A stretch of 64,000 nt of DNA, taken from Nitrospinaceae bacterium. GTDB lineage: Bacteria > Nitrospinota > Nitrospinia > Nitrospinales > Nitrospinaceae. How positions within the stretch are numbered: the stretch's first letter is position 1; every line of letters begins with the position of its first letter. A program made the position numbers and the translations under genes. The notes beneath the pieces were generated by a model, which saw only the letters and a list, made by a program, of their open reading frames with translations, did not search any database and was not told where the DNA came from. Shown one piece after another: positions 58,653 to 64,000 of the stretch. The stretch is from assembly GCA_965223665.1 (NCBI GenBank), contig OZ245011.1, positions 128,001-192,000 on the forward strand, in the 5' to 3' direction.

Positions 58653-59216
58653 TTAAGGTGAATTGTTTAAGGTTTTAGGATTTCCTGGGCCTTTTTTATG
58701 GGGTTCAATAATCGATAGTCGGACTTTTGCGATCCCCTCGTTTGCTAATCCTAATATTTTGGCGGCTTTGTAACTAAGGTCTATAATCCGGTTTTTTACG
58801 AAAGGTCCGCGATCATTGATTCTAACCACAACTTCTTTACCGTTTTCCAGGTGGGTAACTCGGACTAAGGAATTAAAAGGAAGTGTTTTATGTGCAGCAG
58901 TTAAAGAGTACATATTAAAATGCTCTCTATTAGAAGTAAATTCTCCATGAAATCTTTTACCATACCAGGAAGCTATTCCTTCCTGGGAAAAACCCTTAGA
59001 GTCCTTCAGGGGATAGTAAACTACTCCCTTCACCCCATAGGGTTTAAAATACTTCGATAATTGCCCAGAATCTCTAAGTGCTTGTTGTTTTGCCATTTGG
59101 ATAAACAGTAAGGACGAGGCTGAGCAGGTAAGTATTGCTGGACCAAATATAAATCCAGGTAGCAAAAATAACAAACTAAAAAAGAGTAGATACTTTATTT
59201 TATAGATTGGGACCAT
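58653..59216 (-). CDS. rlpA: RlpA-family lytic transglycosylase (DPBB domain)
   Basis: [18 protein letters not shown] and [14 protein letters not shown]. Start uncertain. Confidence 0.9.
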   Translation of the reverse strand: MVPIYKIKYLLFFSLLFLLPGFIFGPAILTCSASSLLFIQMAKQQALRDSGQLSKYFKPYGVKGVVYYPLKDSKGFSQEGIASWYGKRFHGEFTSNREHFNMYSLTAAHKTLPFNSLVRVTHLENGKEVVVRINDRGPFVKNRIIDLSYKAAKILGLANEGIAKVRLSIIEPHKKGPGNPKTLNNSP

Positions 59217-59589
59217 TATTTTCTAAGAATTAGTCTTTTTTTGAAAAAGATTGATTCGGCTATCCGATTCATTTACTTTTAGATTTTGTGGGTGATTATA
59301 ATTACTAGCGACCTTTGCTCTTAAAACTTTAAAAATAAAAGGATTGTGGGAGGGGTAGTATTCCCAGAACTAATTGAATCTAAAGGGCTAATTTGGCTTG
59401 TTTAAGGATTAGTAAAGTAAATTTTTTTATAAGCAGTTGGCAAGGATAAAATAATATCCCCAAGGAAAATCTCTTATAAATATTTGACTTTTAACGCTAT
59501 ACTGAAATTAGTCAGCTAATTTTTTAGAATCCAATATCTTTACGTCTTCTGATGGTTTACCTAGGAGAAGATTTATAATTTGTTCCTAA

Positions 59590-60444
59590 ATGCGCGAAGT
59601 CTTACTAAAGTTAATTGAAGAAAAAAGTAATATACCCCCTTTGCCTGATATTCTTTTGAGGTTGGAGTCAAAAATTGAAGATCCGAAGAGTAAGGTCAGT
59701 GATATTGCTATTCTAATTGAAACGGAACCCATCTTAGCGGGTAGATTAATTAAATTGTCGAATAGTGTTTTTTTTGGAGGTGGGAGAGAAAAGGTAGAGC
59801 ATTTACATAAAGCCATTCTTCGTTTAGGTCTAAAAATGATTTTGGATTTAGCTTATACCTTGGAAATCCCCAAAATATTTTCAAAGGGAAATGCATTCGA
59901 TCAAAAAAAGTTTTGGCAACATTCCTTAGCGGTGGCAATTTTATCAAGATTATTAAGTACGGAAATAAAGGCTTTTAATACCGAACCAGATTTATGTTAC
60001 CTCTCAGGATTAATGCATGACATAGGAATTTTGGTTTTTAATTTTTTAATTCCATCAAAATATGCGGGTTTTCTTCAGCAAATTAAAGGTTCCGATTGTC
60101 CCCTTGAGGAGTTAGAAAGAGAAGAATTTGGAATAGCTCATCCGGAACTGGGATCTCTTTTTATCAAGAAATGGTGGCCGGTACCCAGTGAAGTTGTGAC
60201 TGCTGTGGATAAACATTATTTAAGAGCTTCTGAAAAAGGAAAAAACTATCCAGAACTTTTAGTCGTAATTTTAGCGAACTCTATCGCAAATAACTATCAA
60301 ATGGGTCACGAAATTTGTAATGACGTGGAGCCATTTAATTCGAAGTTTATTGAAACATTGGGGATAGGAAATCGACAAATGGAAGATATTGTTGATGAAA
60401 CGCGTGAAAGCCTACAAATGGCTAAACAGGTATTGTTTAAGTGA
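59590..60444 (+). CDS. HDOD-domain protein
   Basis: IPPLP, EP.LAGRLIKLSNS, FWQHSLAVA, GLMHDIG and HPELG. Confidence 0.92.
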   Translation: MREVLLKLIEEKSNIPPLPDILLRLESKIEDPKSKVSDIAILIETEPILAGRLIKLSNSVFFGGGREKVEHLHKAILRLGLKMILDLAYTLEIPKIFSKGNAFDQKKFWQHSLAVAILSRLLSTEIKAFNTEPDLCYLSGLMHDIGILVFNFLIPSKYAGFLQQIKGSDCPLEELEREEFGIAHPELGSLFIKKWWPVPSEVVTAVDKHYLRASEKGKNYPELLVVILANSIANNYQMGHEICNDVEPFNSKFIETLGIGNRQMEDIVDETRESLQMAKQVLFK

Positions 60445-60505
60445 ACTATAAAATTACAGAATCCATGCGGGTTCAATATTTAACTTTTTTTGAGAAATAA
60501 GATCA

Positions 60506-61480
60506 ATGAGGCAAAATAAATTCCGGGTTACTTTTCGAGGGGTTCGTGGGTCAATCCCTTCTCCTGTTTTAGGGGAGGAAATTGAAGAAAAAATTGCTAG
60601 AGCTTTAGAAATGGTTCGGCCGGAAGATTTAAAAGATGACAATACACGGCATGCTTTTATTGATCAGCTTCCATTACATATTAGGAGTTGTTACGGAGGG
60701 AACTCTTCCTGTGTACAATTAGAGGTAGGGGGAGAACATTTGATTTTTGATTGTGGCACTGGACTTCGAGTGTTGGGAAATATATTAATGAAAAAAGAAT
60801 TTGGACGAGGAGAAGGGGAAGCGCATTTATTTTTGTCCCATACTCATTGGGATCATATTATGGGGATCCCTTTCTTTGTTCCCTTTTATGTATCTGGAAA
60901 TAAATTCAAAATTTACGCAGTCCACCCAAATATAAAAGAGCGTCTCATAGGACAACAAAAGTATGAGTACTTTCCTGTTTCTTTTAATTCTTTTGCGGCA
61001 TCTGTGGATATAGTGAGTCTAGAAGAGCAAAAGATATTGAAAATTGGGGACGCCACTGTGACCTGGAAAGAGATGGACCACCCTGGTCGAAGTTTTGCTT
61101 TCCGAGTCGATTATCAGGGTAAGAGTTTTGTGTATGCTACGGATGCTGAGTATAAGCAATTAGCAGATGAGGACCTTCAACCTACAATCGACTTTTTTAA
61201 GGACGCGGATTTACTGGTATTTGATTCTCAATATACCTTTATTGAAGGAATTGAAAGAGAAGATTGGGGGCATAGCTCGACATTTATTGGAGTGGATATT
61301 GCTACCCAAGCAGGTGTGAAACAAATTGCTTTTTATCACCATGAGCCTACCTATAGTGATTTCAAATTAAACAATGTATTTCAGCAAACACGAAAATATT
61401 TAAAAGCCATAAACGAAAATGGAAGTCTAAAAATGTTTTTATCTTATGAGGGACTGAGCATGGACTTGTTAAAATGTTAA
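60506..61480 (+). CDS. Metallo-beta-lactamase-fold hydrolase
   Basis: GVRGSIPSP, YGGNSSC, DCGTG, SHTHWDH, WGHS and HHEP. Confidence 0.9.
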   Translation: MRQNKFRVTFRGVRGSIPSPVLGEEIEEKIARALEMVRPEDLKDDNTRHAFIDQLPLHIRSCYGGNSSCVQLEVGGEHLIFDCGTGLRVLGNILMKKEFGRGEGEAHLFLSHTHWDHIMGIPFFVPFYVSGNKFKIYAVHPNIKERLIGQQKYEYFPVSFNSFAASVDIVSLEEQKILKIGDATVTWKEMDHPGRSFAFRVDYQGKSFVYATDAEYKQLADEDLQPTIDFFKDADLLVFDSQYTFIEGIEREDWGHSSTFIGVDIATQAGVKQIAFYHHEPTYSDFKLNNVFQQTRKYLKAINENGSLKMFLSYEGLSMDLLKC

Positions 61481-61614
61481 GGTTATTTTTTCCCGCCTAA
61501 AAATTTTTATTTTTGCCCACCGTTGAATTTCTTTATTCTTTAAAAAATAAAAATCATCAGAGTAGATAAAAAAGTGTTATAAAAATTAGGTTTTTATTTC
61601 CCAGACATTGCTAT

Positions 61615-64000
61615 ATGGAAACCCCAAATAATAATCTTTTTCGCTTCGCGATAGACCGGGGGGGTACATTCACTGATATTTATGCAGAGGTTCCTGGTAA
61701 ACCCGGTTATAGAATTCTGAAATTATTGTCCGAAAATCCGGAGCATTACGTGGATGCTCCCTGGGAAGGAATTCGGAGAATTTTAGAAGAATGTACAGGG
61801 CAGTCTTTGCCAATAAGTGGATTTGATACCTCTGCCATCGAGTGGGTTCGTTTGGGGACAACGTTAGCAACCAATGCTCTTTTAGAAAGAAAAGGTGCTA
61901 AAACGGCACTTTTAATAACAAAGGGATTTGGTGATTTATTATCTATTGGGAAACAAAATCGTCCCAAACTATTTGATTTAAATATAAAGAAGCCAAGACC
62001 CATTTATGATTTTGTGTTGGAAGTTGAGGAGCGAGTACGTCTTTTAAAGGATAAGGAAAATTCAAATTCTTCCAAGGTGGTTGTATGTAAATCAGGAGAT
62101 TTAATTGAAATAATTAAAAGACCGGATGAAAGTTTATTAAAAGACTCCCTCCGGAAACTTCTAGAAAAAGGAATTCAAAGTCTAGCAATAGTTTTCATGC
62201 ATTCTTATATTTATCCAGACCATGAGAAAAAAATCGGAATTCTTGCCAAGCAACTGGGATTTAAAAATGTCTCCTTATCCTCACAAGTTATGCCGCGGAT
62301 TAAGATGGTTGATCGGGGACAAACCTGCACGCTGGATGCCTATCTCACTCCTAAAATTCAAGAATACTTAAATACCTTTCAGGCTAATTTAAATAAAAAA
62401 AACACTGAGATGTTTTTTATGCAATCAGACGGCGGTCTAGTTACGCCTAAAAAGGTAAGAGGTAGTCACTCTATTCTATCGGGGCCCGCAGGTGGAATTA
62501 TTGGTTATGCAAAAACCTTATACAATTCTAAGCAACCAACTCCAATTATTGGCTTTGATATGGGAGGGACATCAACGGATGTATCTCGCTTTGATGGTCA
62601 ACTGGAATGGACTTATGAAACAGAAAAAGCAGGGGTCCATATTCAGTCACCTCAGCTCGATATTAATACCGTTGCGGCTGGGGGTGGATCACGATTGTTT
62701 TTTAATAACGGGATGTTTCAAGTGGGCCCTGAATCTTCAGGAGCAAACCCCGGTCCAATTTGTTATCGAAAAAAGGGTTGGTTATCTGTTACAGATGCAA
62801 ATTTATTTTTAGGGCGTATTTCCCCCGAATTTTTCCCAAAAATTTTTGGTCCCCAAAATGATGAACCTTTAGATGGAGAAAGTACAAAAGCGTCCATAAT
62901 CAAGCTTAGAGATGAGATTAATGAATTTCAAGTTAATAAAAAGTTGCGAGTTTTGAGTGCTGAGGAAGTTGCTTTGGGATTTATTCAAGTGGCAAATGAA
63001 ATAATGGCCAGATCAATCCGAGAGATAACAGTGGCAAGGGGTCATGATGTTCGTGATCATATTTTGGCCTGTTTTGGCGGGGCAGGTGGACAGCATGCAT
63101 GTTCTCTTGCCAAGTCCTTAGGCATCAGCAAGATATTAATACATCGTTTTGCAGGAATTCTATCTGCTTATGGACTAGCTTTGGCGAATGTCGTAGTTGA
63201 AAAACAAGCTCCTGTATCACAGGAGTTAAAATCTGATAGCTTTTTCCAGCTAAATCCTAAATTAGAAGAATTAGAGAATGGTGCTATTCAAGATTTAATA
63301 GAACAGGGAGCAGAAAAACTAAACATTACCTGTACACGATTTTTAAATCTCCGTTATGAAGGGACTGATACGCAAATAATGGTTTCTCAGCCGGAGGATC
63401 ACGATTTTCTCAAAGCGTTTAAAAATATTTATTCCAGAGAATTTGGTTTTGATTTAAATAATCGAAAAGTTTGGGTTGATGATGTTAGGGTTCGGGCTGA
63501 ATTTGAACCTTCAGGGATAAAAAAGCAAGCGTTGGATTTTGAAAAATGTACTACAGAATTAGAATGTGTGACTCCCTGTTACTTTGAAAATGGCTGGTTA
63601 GACACTCAAGTTTATTTAATGAATAAAATAAATCCGGGTGATCCCGTTAAAGGACCCGCCATTTTAATAAGCGATACCTCCACCGTAGTTATCGAACCTG
63701 GGTGTGTATCAAAAATTAATCAATTTGGAGATGTAGAAATAGATGTTCCAAAAGAGGAGGTAACAGAAAAAAGTTCGTTGTCTCGGGATCCGATTCAACT
63801 GGCTATCATAAGTAATAAATTTATGTCTATAGCTGAGCAGATGGGTAGGACTTTGCAGCGAACGGCAATATCGACCAATATAAAAGAAAGACGGGATTTT
63901 TCTTGTGCTATTTTTGACCCCAAGGGAAACCTGGTAGCAAACGCTCCTCATCAACCTGTGCATTTGGGTTCTATGGGGGAGGCAATCCGATCTCAAATTA
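61615..64000 (+). CDS. ATP-dependent 5-oxoprolinase, fused hydantoinase A+B type (runs off the window)
   Basis: Not in the ORF track. From ATG 61615: FAIDRGGTFTD, GTTLATNALLERKG, SGPAGG, DMGGTSTDV, FGGAGGQH; then, in frame, IAEQMGRTLQRTAISTNIKERRDFSCA and VHLGSM. Confidence 0.94.
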   Translation, partial: METPNNNLFRFAIDRGGTFTDIYAEVPGKPGYRILKLLSENPEHYVDAPWEGIRRILEECTGQSLPISGFDTSAIEWVRLGTTLATNALLERKGAKTALLITKGFGDLLSIGKQNRPKLFDLNIKKPRPIYDFVLEVEERVRLLKDKENSNSSKVVVCKSGDLIEIIKRPDESLLKDSLRKLLEKGIQSLAIVFMHSYIYPDHEKKIGILAKQLGFKNVSLSSQVMPRIKMVDRGQTCTLDAYLTPKIQEYLNTFQANLNKKNTEMFFMQSDGGLVTPKKVRGSHSILSGPAGGIIGYAKTLYNSKQPTPIIGFDMGGTSTDVSRFDGQLEWTYETEKAGVHIQSPQLDINTVAAGGGSRLFFNNGMFQVGPESSGANPGPICYRKKGWLSVTDANLFLGRISPEFFPKIFGPQNDEPLDGESTKASIIKLRDEINEFQVNKKLRVLSAEEVALGFIQVANEIMARSIREITVARGHDVRDHILACFGGAGGQHACSLAKSLGISKILIHRFAGILSAYGLALANVVVEKQAPVSQELKSDSFFQLNPKLEELENGAIQDLIEQGAEKLNITCTRFLNLRYEGTDTQIMVSQPEDHDFLKAFKNIYSREFGFDLNNRKVWVDDVRVRAEFEPSGIKKQALDFEKCTTELECVTPCYFENGWLDTQVYLMNKINPGDPVKGPAILISDTSTVVIEPGCVSKINQFGDVEIDVPKEEVTEKSSLSRDPIQLAIISNKFMSIAEQMGRTLQRTAISTNIKERRDFSCAIFDPKGNLVANAPHQPVHLGSMGEAIRSQI

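Noticed and set aside
61670-63996. Short track ORFs near the right end
   Set aside because: Shadow or alternate frames of the 5-oxoprolinase gene starting at 61615.

Overview
AT-rich (roughly mid-30s % GC, by eye) chromosomal window from a Gram-negative bacterium. Gene content suggests a Nitrospinota- or deltaproteobacteria-like organism; this is an inference and was not tested. Most of the window is housekeeping: gatB (partial), mazG, hemW, era, map, thiO, bioA, bioD, fhs, def, ahpC, surE, the rimP-nusA-infB-DUF503-rbfA-truB-rpsO-pnp operon, proS, rseP, lolA, purN, trmB, greA, rlpA and a partial fused 5-oxoprolinase. I saw no tRNA, rRNA, CRISPR array or mobile element. Points of interest: (1) LpxC fused behind an NtrX-like receiver, a degenerate AAA+ domain and an HTH. 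(2) A Fur-boxed iron locus next to an atypical bacterioferritin: [2Fe-2S] ferredoxin-like ORF, decayed DUF2325 pseudogene, porin and two FMN-binding paralogs. A long hairpin over the ferredoxin stop codon hides a sequence complementary to the porin ribosome-binding site about 400 nt downstream. (3) A lone PEP mutase-nucleotidyltransferase fusion upstream of proS. (4) A fructokinase-SPS/SPP-sucrose synthase operon. (5) A QueD homolog with the PTPS-III motif. (6) A desaturase with an inserted Ig-like segment. Product calls come from motif recognition only; no database searches were run.
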